Of a stretch of DNA of 59,811 nucleotides, positions 45,658 through 54,769 are shown in pieces (the stretch's first letter is position 1; each line of letters starts with the position of its first letter). The stretch covers positions 1-59,811 of IMG/VR virus record IMGVR_UViG_3300023199_000016; one strand, written 5' to 3'. This stretch comes from a virus. Its lineage: Duplodnaviria; Caudoviricetes. The position numbers and the translations under genes were made by a program. The notes beneath the pieces were generated by a model. It was not told where the DNA came from. It did no database searches and saw only the letters and a list, made by a program, of their open reading frames with translations.

Positions 45658-47232
45658 CTATAGACCTTCCATTCCTTCTCCACCTATACCCTCTTCACCG
45701 TATTGTGAATAATCTACGGGACTGCCCACGCATACGGTTCCCTTTGTGAAACCTCCGGTCGTTGTTCCAGCGGTTGTTGTGCCAGGTGCGGTCGTCGTGC
45801 CGGGTGCAGTTGTTGTAGCAGGTGTTGTGAATGATGTGTAACCCGTTCCACCGGGCGTCGAGATCGTACTCGAAACCGACTTCTCTTCAAGAACTTCGAT
45901 AACTGGAAGCCGACATTCAAAGTATTCATCAGTAAGCCATAGCATCTCTAGCTCGTCAGTGTCATAACGAACCTTGTGCGCCCACGTCACCTGCGTAGGA
46001 TCTTTCGTCGAAAGATCACTAATCGGTTGACCGGCATCCCAAGAGATTGTCAATTGACCGCCACCACTATCGACGACCGACGTAACCTCTCGAACGTACG
46101 GTGCAGTGTCCGACTGCCGAAACCAAATCGAGATGTACGTGCGTAAGAGGTTGACGCTTTCAGGTATGATGTCTGCATCAACAACGATGCTTGTGGTTGA
46201 AGGTGCCGAAACGAATTGCATATCGCTTGACGGGTTCGAGATATGAAACGGATAAAGCTTGCCCGCACGTGAATGAAAGAACCGTCGAAGCAGTATTCCT
46301 ACTTCACGATCGAGTGAACGAAACGTCTGCACACCAAAGAATCGAGGCCGAGCGTCGGTCGCCCAGAAGTACCGATCTGTACGAAGCGTCTTCGTTCTGC
46401 CTTTCGACCGAATGTAACCGAGCTTGATGTCTTCCCAATCAGAACGAAGATGAAAGATCGGATTGACATCACCACTGTTATTGTACTCACTAAAGCCAGT
46501 AGGCGTAGTGTCAGCGGTCTCAAGCGCGGGTATCGTTACACCAACCGGATTCGTGCATTCTTCAAACGTCAACTCTGCTGTAGCGATCTCATCCGTCAAG
46601 ACATCGTAAGACGTATCGAACAGCGGCAGACCCTCGACGATTGGGAAGCACTTATCGCCAGACTGCTCACCCGTTACGTTGGGAGTTGTGTTGAACCCAT
46701 AGAAGATACCACCGTGCGTGACAATACTATCGATGACGAAGTATTGAAACACATTCGCCAAAGCCTTGCCCCAACGTGCGAGCATGATTCGTTGACCGAC
46801 TTCAAACTGTCTAGTGTTGAAGCGCTCTTCAGTCATGTATCCTGGAATGCCAGTCTTAGGGTCACGCTCGCCAAGGTACACTTCGGGTGGAGATGGTGGC
46901 GGAGAAGAGGGAGCATCTAAGACTGTCAATTGATCGGGCCAAACCGGCACGGGCGTACGTGCGTAACCATATCGTGATACTTGACTTGAGAACCGACCAA
47001 TGTCGGTATCTTCGAGCGGCATATTGGTGTATCGAATAACACGACGAGGACGACTTACTCGACCACGACGTTCTTCGGCGACCGACTGTGCTGAAGAAAT
47101 GATCGTGTCGAAACGATCCGACAGCGTAACGCCCTGCTTCCAGTCTGCACGAAAGACTGATTCAGGCGTCCACAATTGATCGACGCTCGGAGTGCTTGAT
47201 GCTGCGACCAAAGTCGAAGGGTTGATGGTCAT
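45658..47232 (-). CDS. distal tail-type protein with a mucin-like Thr/Pro C-terminal repeat
   Basis: Follows the tape measure gene; FFHSRAGKLYPF motif; TTPATTTAPGTTTAPGTTTAGTTTGG. Confidence 0.7.
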   Translation of the reverse strand: MTINPSTLVAASSTPSVDQLWTPESVFRADWKQGVTLSDRFDTIISSAQSVAEERRGRVSRPRRVIRYTNMPLEDTDIGRFSSQVSRYGYARTPVPVWPDQLTVLDAPSSPPPSPPEVYLGERDPKTGIPGYMTEERFNTRQFEVGQRIMLARWGKALANVFQYFVIDSIVTHGGIFYGFNTTPNVTGEQSGDKCFPIVEGLPLFDTSYDVLTDEIATAELTFEECTNPVGVTIPALETADTTPTGFSEYNNSGDVNPIFHLRSDWEDIKLGYIRSKGRTKTLRTDRYFWATDARPRFFGVQTFRSLDREVGILLRRFFHSRAGKLYPFHISNPSSDMQFVSAPSTTSIVVDADIIPESVNLLRTYISIWFRQSDTAPYVREVTSVVDSGGGQLTISWDAGQPISDLSTKDPTQVTWAHKVRYDTDELEMLWLTDEYFECRLPVIEVLEEKSVSSTISTPGGTGYTSFTTPATTTAPGTTTAPGTTTAGTTTGGFTKGTVCVGSPVDYSQYGEEGIGGEGMEGL

Positions 47233-50200
47233 GATGAGGCCGCTCCAATCGCACTCCTGAACGTGTCTGCATTGTCACGCAAGAATTGAGTAAAGGCGGA
47301 CCGACCACCACGCAAGAATTCACCAACCGAATCGTCACTCGCGTGTACCACTGCAAGAGCGGGCGACGCTTGTGTTCGACCTGCTTGAACCGATCCGCCC
47401 GATTGGAAGTTGCTCTTCGGTCGCATGTGCCGAAGATCAGCGGCGAAAGACCGTAACGAATCGACTGGGATAAGCATTCGGTTGATTGCTTCCATGAAAC
47501 CAACACCATACCGATTGACCGCCTCTTCACGCACAACGTATTCGCCGGGTGTAAGCCCAGCGTGAATGACGTCTTTGTGTACACGCGGCCCGGGCACTGG
47601 TCCAGTAAAGCCGCCCTCTGCAAACTTACGAACCGGACCGCCGGTATTGAAGCCAGGGATCGGTATGCCCGCGGCTTGGATTGCTTTCAAGATCAGCATC
47701 TTGATGATCAGCTCTGCGATCATCTGCAATGTTTGACGCGCGAAGTCCGCAAAGGCTTGCTTCATTGACTTCGTTCCGTCAATCACTGCACTTATCGCCG
47801 ACGAAAGGTTGTTCCCAATGGTCAAGCCAATCTCTTGAAGAAGATCGCCCATCGTACGAAGATTGCCAAGTCCTTGTGCGAGGCCGGCACCGAACCGTTC
47901 GCCCAGCGATAAATCCTCTACTTTCTTCCTTGACGTTTCAAGTCCAGCGTTCAACCGACGCGCTGCTTCGATGCGTTCCTGAATCATTCCCATCAACTCA
48001 GGGTGAGCCTCTTGCATCGCTTGCAATTCAAGAATGATTGCTTCAATTCGTTGACGTGCAAGTCGCAAAGCCTCTTCATCGAGTTGATTTGCTTGAACAC
48101 GATTGATGTTGCCGGACTCCAACGCATCGGCGTGCAAGTTCAACGCATCAGTGAACTCTTGATTGATGTCCTTGAGCTGGCCTTCCACAACCGTGAGCTG
48201 TTGATCGACAATCAAGCGATCACGTTCCGCTTGTTGAACCCGGAGCAGTGTGGGCTCAATTGCTCGATACGCTTCGCCCAATTGACGTTGAAGCGCTACA
48301 CGTTCGCGTGTCTGCTGAATCGACAAAGCTTGAAGCTCTGCGTTCGGGTCACCAGTCGCACGAAGCAATCGAACGTTCAAGTCCTGCACAATCGTTTGAA
48401 GTTGCTTATACGCTTCTATGCCTTGCGTGCCAATGTCAATCAGCGAAGTCTTGACTCGATTCAATGCCTCCGCAAGATCGAGCATACGTTGCTTCGTTGC
48501 TTCCTGATCTTCAGCGTCGGGCGATTCTTCTTCAACCAATTGGAGAGCGTTGACGAGTTCATCAACTTGTCTTCGCATCTCCTTGATCGCCAAGCCCAAC
48601 TCGTTGGTAGGATCATCGAGATCGGTCAATTGAGATGCTTGCTCAGCGATGGCGTCGTTTGCTGCACGAAGAGATTCTTCAAAGTCACGTTGACGTTCTG
48701 CACGTACAGCAGCGACCGCGCCTTCAAGTTGCTTGACTCGGTTGAGCTTGTCCTCAGCACCACGTGCAAGCTCAGCGGCCTCTTCTTCTAATTCGCGTGC
48801 ACGTTGACGAAGAGCACGTTGTCTTGCTTCAAAGAGTCGTTCCGTATCATCGTCACTGATGATCGTAGCACCAGCACGTTGCGCTTCATTCTGCTCCGCC
48901 TCTTGTAACAATTGACGAGACTCTCGTTTCAATTCACGCACGCGGTTCCACAAATCATCTAGGCTTTCGCGTGCATCATCGAATTGTCCCGCCACAGACT
49001 TATCAACGCCGGGCAAAGCACTAGCGAAGATGTCTTGAAGCATGTCACCGATTTGCGGACTGATCGCTTGAAACGCTACACGAACTCCTTCGATCAACGC
49101 AACACCAATGAATGAGCCCAGCTCTTTGATGAATGTGATGATAACATCAAAGATCGAGCTGAACGCTTCGCGGAATTGGGCACGTGACGGACCTTGCACT
49201 CCACGAAGAAGAACGTCAGTCGCAGATACCGTATGATCAGCGAAGCTCTTTGAGAGTTCGGTCAACGTTGGGAGAACTTGATTCGCAAGCTCAACCACAA
49301 GATCGGCGAGTGCCAATCGCAACCGACGAACTTGGAAGAGGAACGAGTTGGAAAGCAACTCAAATGCGCGTTGTGTCGCACCCGCTCGCGTTTCCATTCG
49401 TTGAAGGTTTGCAACCAACGAATCAAAGCCGGAACCCGCAAGCACCTGTACTGCAAGCCCGCCCTCAACCGAGCTGAATAGATCGCTAATCGCTTTGTTC
49501 GTTTGGTCGGCGCGGCGTCGAATCAAGTCCATCGCTTCGGAAAGATCGCCACCGTTCTCAATGAACTCTCTGAACCCAACACCAGCGATAGCACGAAACT
49601 CTTTGTTGGCGGTCGTGCCTGCCTTTCCTAATTCGATAAGCGCCGCTCGCAAGTTGGTAGCAGCAACACGGGTGGGCGTGCCGGCTGCGGTCAACGTCGC
49701 AAGTGCGGCACCTACTTGCTCTATGCCGACGTTTGCAGCGGCGGCGGCTGGTGCGACTTGAAAGATCGAGCTGGCGAGTTCGCCAATCGTAGTCTTACCA
49801 CCTTCAACCGTCTTGAAGAGAACGTCCGAAACGTCCTGTGCATCTTCTGCACCTCGGTTGTAGGCGTTGAGAATTGATGTCAACAAGTCGACCGATTCAG
49901 ATACGGTCGTCACGCCACCAACGGCAAGTTGGTTAGCAGTGCGTAGAAAGTCTAAGAGTCGCCGTGGAGCAACACCCGCTGATATGGCGTCATAGGCTGC
50001 CTTGAACTCATCTTGAAATGCTTGCCCACCTTGGACCGCAGCCCTTCGTATATCTTGAGATAAACGGTTGAGTGTATCACGCGATACATCGCCAAGCAAT
50101 GTACCGATCTCCAATACCTTCTCTTCAACCTCGCCCGCAGCACGAAGAATACGTTGAACCGTTACACCAGCGATGACCGTTACAATCACGCCGTGCAATG

Positions 50201-50348
50201 AGAACATTGAACGTACAAGACCAGTGATAACACGTGTAACTGAGAAAGCAGCCGCGCGCACTGCCTTGAATGCGCCAACCAGCCCTCTCATCGGACCGGA
50301 CAAGCGGTCGCGCATAATCGCGAGGATTTCAACTTTCTCAGTCGGCAT
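47229..50348 (-). CDS. tail tape measure protein (TP901-type)
   Basis: AYDAISAG, LTSILNAY, SDVLFKTV..GKTTIGELA; long helical region; C-terminal FAEGG...LTPGEYVV. Confidence 0.92.
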   Translation of the reverse strand: MPTEKVEILAIMRDRLSGPMRGLVGAFKAVRAAAFSVTRVITGLVRSMFSLHGVIVTVIAGVTVQRILRAAGEVEEKVLEIGTLLGDVSRDTLNRLSQDIRRAAVQGGQAFQDEFKAAYDAISAGVAPRRLLDFLRTANQLAVGGVTTVSESVDLLTSILNAYNRGAEDAQDVSDVLFKTVEGGKTTIGELASSIFQVAPAAAAANVGIEQVGAALATLTAAGTPTRVAATNLRAALIELGKAGTTANKEFRAIAGVGFREFIENGGDLSEAMDLIRRRADQTNKAISDLFSSVEGGLAVQVLAGSGFDSLVANLQRMETRAGATQRAFELLSNSFLFQVRRLRLALADLVVELANQVLPTLTELSKSFADHTVSATDVLLRGVQGPSRAQFREAFSSIFDVIITFIKELGSFIGVALIEGVRVAFQAISPQIGDMLQDIFASALPGVDKSVAGQFDDARESLDDLWNRVRELKRESRQLLQEAEQNEAQRAGATIISDDDTERLFEARQRALRQRARELEEEAAELARGAEDKLNRVKQLEGAVAAVRAERQRDFEESLRAANDAIAEQASQLTDLDDPTNELGLAIKEMRRQVDELVNALQLVEEESPDAEDQEATKQRMLDLAEALNRVKTSLIDIGTQGIEAYKQLQTIVQDLNVRLLRATGDPNAELQALSIQQTRERVALQRQLGEAYRAIEPTLLRVQQAERDRLIVDQQLTVVEGQLKDINQEFTDALNLHADALESGNINRVQANQLDEEALRLARQRIEAIILELQAMQEAHPELMGMIQERIEAARRLNAGLETSRKKVEDLSLGERFGAGLAQGLGNLRTMGDLLQEIGLTIGNNLSSAISAVIDGTKSMKQAFADFARQTLQMIAELIIKMLILKAIQAAGIPIPGFNTGGPVRKFAEGGFTGPVPGPRVHKDVIHAGLTPGEYVVREEAVNRYGVGFMEAINRMLIPVDSLRSFAADLRHMRPKSNFQSGGSVQAGRTQASPALAVVHASDDSVGEFLRGGRSAFTQFLRDNADTFRSAIGAASS

Positions 50349-50637
50349 TCATCTGTTCCCGTCGTGCTTTCTCAAACATCGCACTGCCATCCTTAGAGAA
50401 GACAGTCGCGATGGCCATACGAAACATATCAGCTTCAGCGAACATCAGAAGCTTACGCCTACGACCTATCGCTTTCGCGAAGAGGAACGCTTGCGGGAGC
50501 GTGTACTTCTTGATTGACTCGAAGGAGTGCCCTCCTTCAATAAGGAGTTGGATAGCGTCTGCCAAAGATGCATATCCTTCCCTGTGATTCTCTTCACCAT
50601 CACCTCGAGAGCGTCGATCCACGGCTTGACTTTTGGG
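50338..50637 (-). CDS. tail assembly chaperone, -1 frameshift extension (gpT-like)
   Basis: -1 frame ORF overlapping the chaperone; slippery C CCA AAA at 50631-50637. Confidence 0.65.
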   Translation of the reverse strand, partial: PKSQAVDRRSRGDGEENHREGYASLADAIQLLIEGGHSFESIKKYTLPQAFLFAKAIGRRRKLLMFAEADMFRMAIATVFSKDGSAMFEKARREQMNAD

Positions 50638-51041
50638 ACTGAACCGAATGACTCCATGATCCAGCATTCGGCGATTGGAGGAAGTGCCCACTGTGGCAGC
50701 TCAGAAACACTCACGCCATCAACGCAATCTTCTAGGAGATCAAGAAGGTCATCGATGGCAAGCATTGCAATCGCAGCCACAGCGTTCTGAATCTTCTTCT
50801 TACCCTCGGGCGAAGTATCGTTGAAGTCCGGTACATCGCCAATCACAGATAGCACTGAAGGGAGGCGACGCTCCATTGCGTGAATGAATCGACGTAAGTG
50901 CTCAACACGCAACGGATAAACGATCGCCTCCACATCAGTGCCTTCAATCGGTACGGGTGTACCGGGAAAGAGTATGTCCAATTCGTTAGAGATGCGCTCT
51001 GCATCTTTCTCTTCACGAACGTTGTTAGGCGTAGTCTCCAT
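50466..51041 (-). CDS. tail assembly chaperone (gpG-like)
   Basis: Between tail tube and tape measure genes; AAAGGAG RBS. Confidence 0.75.
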   Translation of the reverse strand: METTPNNVREEKDAERISNELDILFPGTPVPIEGTDVEAIVYPLRVEHLRRFIHAMERRLPSVLSVIGDVPDFNDTSPEGKKKIQNAVAAIAMLAIDDLLDLLEDCVDGVSVSELPQWALPPIAECWIMESFGSVPKVKPWIDALEVMVKRITGKDMHLWQTLSNSLLKEGTPSSQSRSTRSRKRSSSRKR

Positions 51042-51081
51042 GACTGCTCCTTTGTGTACAGGTTGAACGAATCACGCTGCT

Positions 51082-51900
51082 TTACGAAAGGCTGGGCAAG
51101 TCGCCAACCCACGTAAGCAGTCGACCCGCGGGCGACGTGGTATCGGTCGTGTCGGCCAGAACCTTGAGCCGAAGAGTCCAGTTTGAGAACTCGCTGTTCT
51201 GAAAGCTGGAGCCCGATGGCGAAAGAGCGACGCGCATCTCACGCATCGTTTGTTCTTCGTTGTCTTCACGACCCCAGAAGAGATACGCTGTTCCCTCAAC
51301 TGTACCACGGTGTGTCTGCGGATACACAAGCCGACGTTCAGCGGTGATCGCACGACGTGTAAAGTCGATTTCGATGTTTGCAGCGGAAGCAAACGAACCG
51401 CCCGCAATCATTCGGATGATACCACGTTCGAGCGACACCGTTTCCCAGTCGGTTCCTTCAGTGTACGTTGGTGTCCCGCCCGAACCCGTTACTGCATCAA
51501 CCGAGGCGAGACCGACCTCAGCATCCACACCATTGTCCGACGTTGGGATCTTGACCAAACGACCGGGGTGTGCGTACACAACACGAGTCGTAACGGGTGT
51601 CGCTGATTGCGTGTAATCGCTCGGTTCATCTGCAGAGAAGAGCAACGCAAGGTTGTCTTGATTGAGGTTCGAGCAGGTGATTTCATACATCTCTTCCAGA
51701 GAGATCATCTCCTCAGCCACAACGACATTGCTGCCGCCGTCAGAGTCGACGAGCTGCGCAGTTTGCGTTTCGGTTGTCGGTCCAACCGGCTCAATGACAC
51801 CAAGATCGATGAGCGGCTGATCGACGCTGTTGATGGGATCTCGCTGGAAGTAGAGTCGTGCCCCTGTCAACCAGAATTGTTGATGTCCTACGTTAGGCAT
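51082..51900 (-). CDS. major tail (tube) protein
   Basis: Position; GARLYF...DLG...NL.QDNLALLF; insertion domain YTEGTDWETVSLERGII. Confidence 0.8.
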   Translation of the reverse strand: MPNVGHQQFWLTGARLYFQRDPINSVDQPLIDLGVIEPVGPTTETQTAQLVDSDGGSNVVVAEEMISLEEMYEITCSNLNQDNLALLFSADEPSDYTQSATPVTTRVVYAHPGRLVKIPTSDNGVDAEVGLASVDAVTGSGGTPTYTEGTDWETVSLERGIIRMIAGGSFASAANIEIDFTRRAITAERRLVYPQTHRGTVEGTAYLFWGREDNEEQTMREMRVALSPSGSSFQNSEFSNWTLRLKVLADTTDTTSPAGRLLTWVGDLPSLS

Positions 51901-51911
51901 CGGCTATACTC

Positions 51912-52340
51912 CTAGTACTTGACTTCCAAATTGACAAGCAAGCCCATAGGGGCATGCTCTGTAGCGGGGAATGCCGCTTCGACTATGTTGATGATTTCGA
52001 CTGACAAGAAGACATTGTCTCCCTGTGAATCCGTTACGGTTCGCATGTCTTTGATCAATGCGGCCGCGTCATCGTGCAAGCAATCTAAGACATCATCGTT
52101 GACTCCTTCCTCACTAGCAAGTTCGCTGCTGAATAAATCGACCGTGATGACTGCTTCCACGGTGCCTTGGTTTCGATTGATTCGAGTGTCAGGTACAAAG
52201 ATCGATGCAGCGAACTTGTGCGCATTGAAGTCAAAGCTCGTCCAGTCGATCGCACCTCGATACACGAGCGAGTAACGGCCTTGTGTCAGCTCTTGCACCA
52301 GCCGCTTCAACGTCTTCATGGCGGTCTTACGATACCCCAC
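51912..52340 (-). CDS. tail terminator-like protein
   Basis: Size and position upstream of the tail tube gene; ends LEVKY. Confidence 0.55.
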   Translation of the reverse strand: MGYRKTAMKTLKRLVQELTQGRYSLVYRGAIDWTSFDFNAHKFAASIFVPDTRINRNQGTVEAVITVDLFSSELASEEGVNDDVLDCLHDDAAALIKDMRTVTDSQGDNVFLSVEIINIVEAAFPATEHAPMGLLVNLEVKY

Positions 52341-52986
52341 TGAATACTCCCGTCACTGTTCGTGTGATTGCTTTTGAGATGCGAGGTATTGAATCTTCCA
52401 TGCCTTTGCGTAGGTAGTGCTTGGGTTCAATATCAACACTTCGCATCAGTATGTACACTGCGTTGATTTGACGTAGGTCCTCATATGCTTCAAGATCTCG
52501 TTCACGTACAAGCAAGCCAACCACTTTGCCTTTGTGAATCGGAATGTACGCAAGACGTTCAGGAAACGACCGGGGACCACGGTAACGAGGCAAGCCCGCA
52601 GGTGTCAACGCTCCACCTTCTTGTGTAGGCACTGCCAACGACTTCGCCTTCTTTGGTCGAATCGTTGGATAGGTGCCACCTTTCCCAACCGTACCATGTT
52701 CTTGCACGCCCGCGTATGCAAGTGCCGGTCCACGAAAGATACCTACTCTTACTGCGGGCTGTCGATCGACCATCGCAGCGGTTCCCACAATGCTTTGCGA
52801 TAGCGCTCCTGACCGTGTGCGCATCAACTTCTTTGAGTAGAATACCGCTCTTGCTTCAGCGAACTTCGATTCTTTCTGAAACGCATCTTGTAACTCGCGC
52901 ATCAGAACACGACGATCACCAAAGCGCTCAATCCGATCAAAGAGCTGCTTGGTTCGTTTCGACATTCTGATCGAGAGCTGTGTCAT
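52327..52986 (-). CDS. neck/tail completion protein (HK97 gp10-like)
   Basis: RSGAL..SI, YAGVQEHG, IRPKKAKSLAVP, P..YL. Confidence 0.7.
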   Translation of the reverse strand: MTQLSIRMSKRTKQLFDRIERFGDRRVLMRELQDAFQKESKFAEARAVFYSKKLMRTRSGALSQSIVGTAAMVDRQPAVRVGIFRGPALAYAGVQEHGTVGKGGTYPTIRPKKAKSLAVPTQEGGALTPAGLPRYRGPRSFPERLAYIPIHKGKVVGLLVRERDLEAYEDLRQINAVYILMRSVDIEPKHYLRKGMEDSIPRISKAITRTVTGVFSGVS

Positions 52987-53561
52987 GCGGTTCGTGCCAA
53001 TCGTCGGTATCTCTTGATCACTGATTTGAATGCTGGGTGCAACTCATCGGTCATGTACGAAGACGTCCCGCCTTGCGGTACGCTTTGCGACTTCTGTGCA
53101 ATACGTTGCGGGCTATTGCGAACAAGCGAGTATTGCATCTGCTGAATCACTGCTTCTACAACGTCGCCCGGGAATTGACCCTCATCATGCCCGCCCGTTA
53201 TCGTTGCTTTGACAAACGTAGGCCAGTACCCGCCGTCAATTCGCTCAATGCGTCCACGTTCTGCATATACCCGATAATCATCAGTGTCGAACGTGTCTGC
53301 ATCATCTTCGTCTTCACCAAGATACCACGTCACCAACGTGATCTCTTCAATAGGGTACAGCGGTGACCACAGATTCGTTGCACGATCTCCATGATCACGC
53401 CATACGTGTTCGTAGTCTGAACGTCGAAGCCACAATCGCCCCGTGCGAGCTTCAAGCGTTTCAATCGTCCGGTCCATCAAGCGAATAAGACGAGGGTCCG
53501 ATATGGTACCCGCGCTTGCAAGTTCTTCACGAAGCTGTGCGACCGGAATCATACGTGTCAT
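52983..53561 (-). CDS. head-tail connector (gp6/gp15-like)
   Basis: E..TGR, DYRV..ERGRI, TGG...P.DV..A...YRR. Confidence 0.75.
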   Translation of the reverse strand: MTRMIPVAQLREELASAGTISDPRLIRLMDRTIETLEARTGRLWLRRSDYEHVWRDHGDRATNLWSPLYPIEEITLVTWYLGEDEDDADTFDTDDYRVYAERGRIERIDGGYWPTFVKATITGGHDEGQFPGDVVEAVIQQMQYSLVRNSPQRIAQKSQSVPQGGTSSYMTDELHPAFKSVIKRYRRLARTA

Positions 53562-53884
53562 AGCGTCAAGCTCCTTATGAGTTCGACATGAAAGATCTCA
53601 GTCGCAAAGTTCTTACTGTCCTTAGTGAACCGAAGCTCGCCGATGTATACGCCCGGTGCAAGATCGGATGTATCCGACGCATCAAGCGAGACGGTCGCAA
53701 CGTTTGAAGCAAACGAAATACCCGACGTCTTATGAATCAAGTTCTCACCAGCTTCTTCGGATCGAAGTACAAACACACCAGCACTCGCACCCGATAGATC
53801 AACCGATGAATCATCTTGATCATAAAGCTCGACATCAAAGCCAGCGGTCGAGCCTATCTGATATGTCAACCGTTGGAAGGACAT
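53558..53884 (-). CDS. small Ig-like virion protein (BppU N-terminal-like)
   Basis: VDLSGA...L.ASDT..L.PG.Y..E. Confidence 0.55.
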   Translation of the reverse strand: MSFQRLTYQIGSTAGFDVELYDQDDSSVDLSGASAGVFVLRSEEAGENLIHKTSGISFASNVATVSLDASDTSDLAPGVYIGELRFTKDSKNFATEIFHVELIRSLTL

Positions 53885-53917
53885 GGCTTCTCCATTGGCT
53901 TCAAGTGTGTCCGAACC

Positions 53918-54148
53918 TTAGGTCGAAGTAGAACCTTTGCTCGCACGGCTGGCTTTGCGGAAGGCGTCGAATTGGTCGTCGAGGAGGCTTCGCTCCGGGG
54001 TTGGCGGATCGTATGATCTCCCATCTTCGTCCTCCAATGCAAAGAGAGTCGAGAACTTTCGTCCGGTTCGTTTGTCTATGAACACATAGTCGCCTTGCTT
54101 TCGTTGAACTTCAACATATGGCGGAATATGTTCAGGCAGCGTACTCAT
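53918..54148 (-). CDS. hypothetical protein
   Basis: 76 aa from ATG at 54148. Confidence 0.45.
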   Translation of the reverse strand: MSTLPEHIPPYVEVQRKQGDYVFIDKRTGRKFSTLFALEDEDGRSYDPPTPERSLLDDQFDAFRKASRASKGSTST

Positions 54149-54206
54149 AAGCAGTGCCTTGGCCTTTCGACCAAGGCGCTGTGTAAAGGTTGAAGGTTGA
54201 CGAAAC

Positions 54207-54689
54207 TTACAGGGCGCCGACACCGGAGCCGTGCATCTTGTAGTACAAGTCATCAGTCGTGACGGACGGGAACGACCGCAGATGACTGATTATGTACGTG
54301 ATGCCCAAGCCGATTGACGTACCCGTGAGCGTTTCAATCGACAAACGGAAATGCTTGTACGGAAGTCGCGTGACATCGACCGATCCGATGACCACGGTAT
54401 TCGCAACGAGCATCGACGCTTGAGTGAACTGAAGATCATTCGAGTCAACGTCCTGAACGTCCGCCCAGGTGGGTGAACCACTCAAGTCGTCATTCGTACC
54501 CTGAAGCTTGATCTTCAACGCTGACATTGAACTCACCGCACCGATCTGCGCAACGAACGTCAGGATGCGCCCGTGCTTAGCGGGATGCTCAATGTTTGAA
54601 CCGTCGGCCGTGGAGTTGTAGACCTGAAGGTTGAGTGCAACCCCGGTCTTGATTCCCTCGGCGAACGGTTTGGATGCGTGACCCAACAT
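54207..54689 (-). CDS. putative capsid decoration/cement protein
   Basis: Directly after the major capsid gene; KLQG.ND....WADV...YKHFRL pattern; AAAGGAG RBS. Confidence 0.6.
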   Translation of the reverse strand: MLGHASKPFAEGIKTGVALNLQVYNSTADGSNIEHPAKHGRILTFVAQIGAVSSMSALKIKLQGTNDDLSGSPTWADVQDVDSNDLQFTQASMLVANTVVIGSVDVTRLPYKHFRLSIETLTGTSIGLGITYIISHLRSFPSVTTDDLYYKMHGSGVGAL

Positions 54690-54769
54690 GTGTTACTCCT
54701 TTACTTTCAAGTAGGTGTCACAACACAATACGAAACGAACAAGGCGAAGCAAACGGTCAAGCCGCTCGC

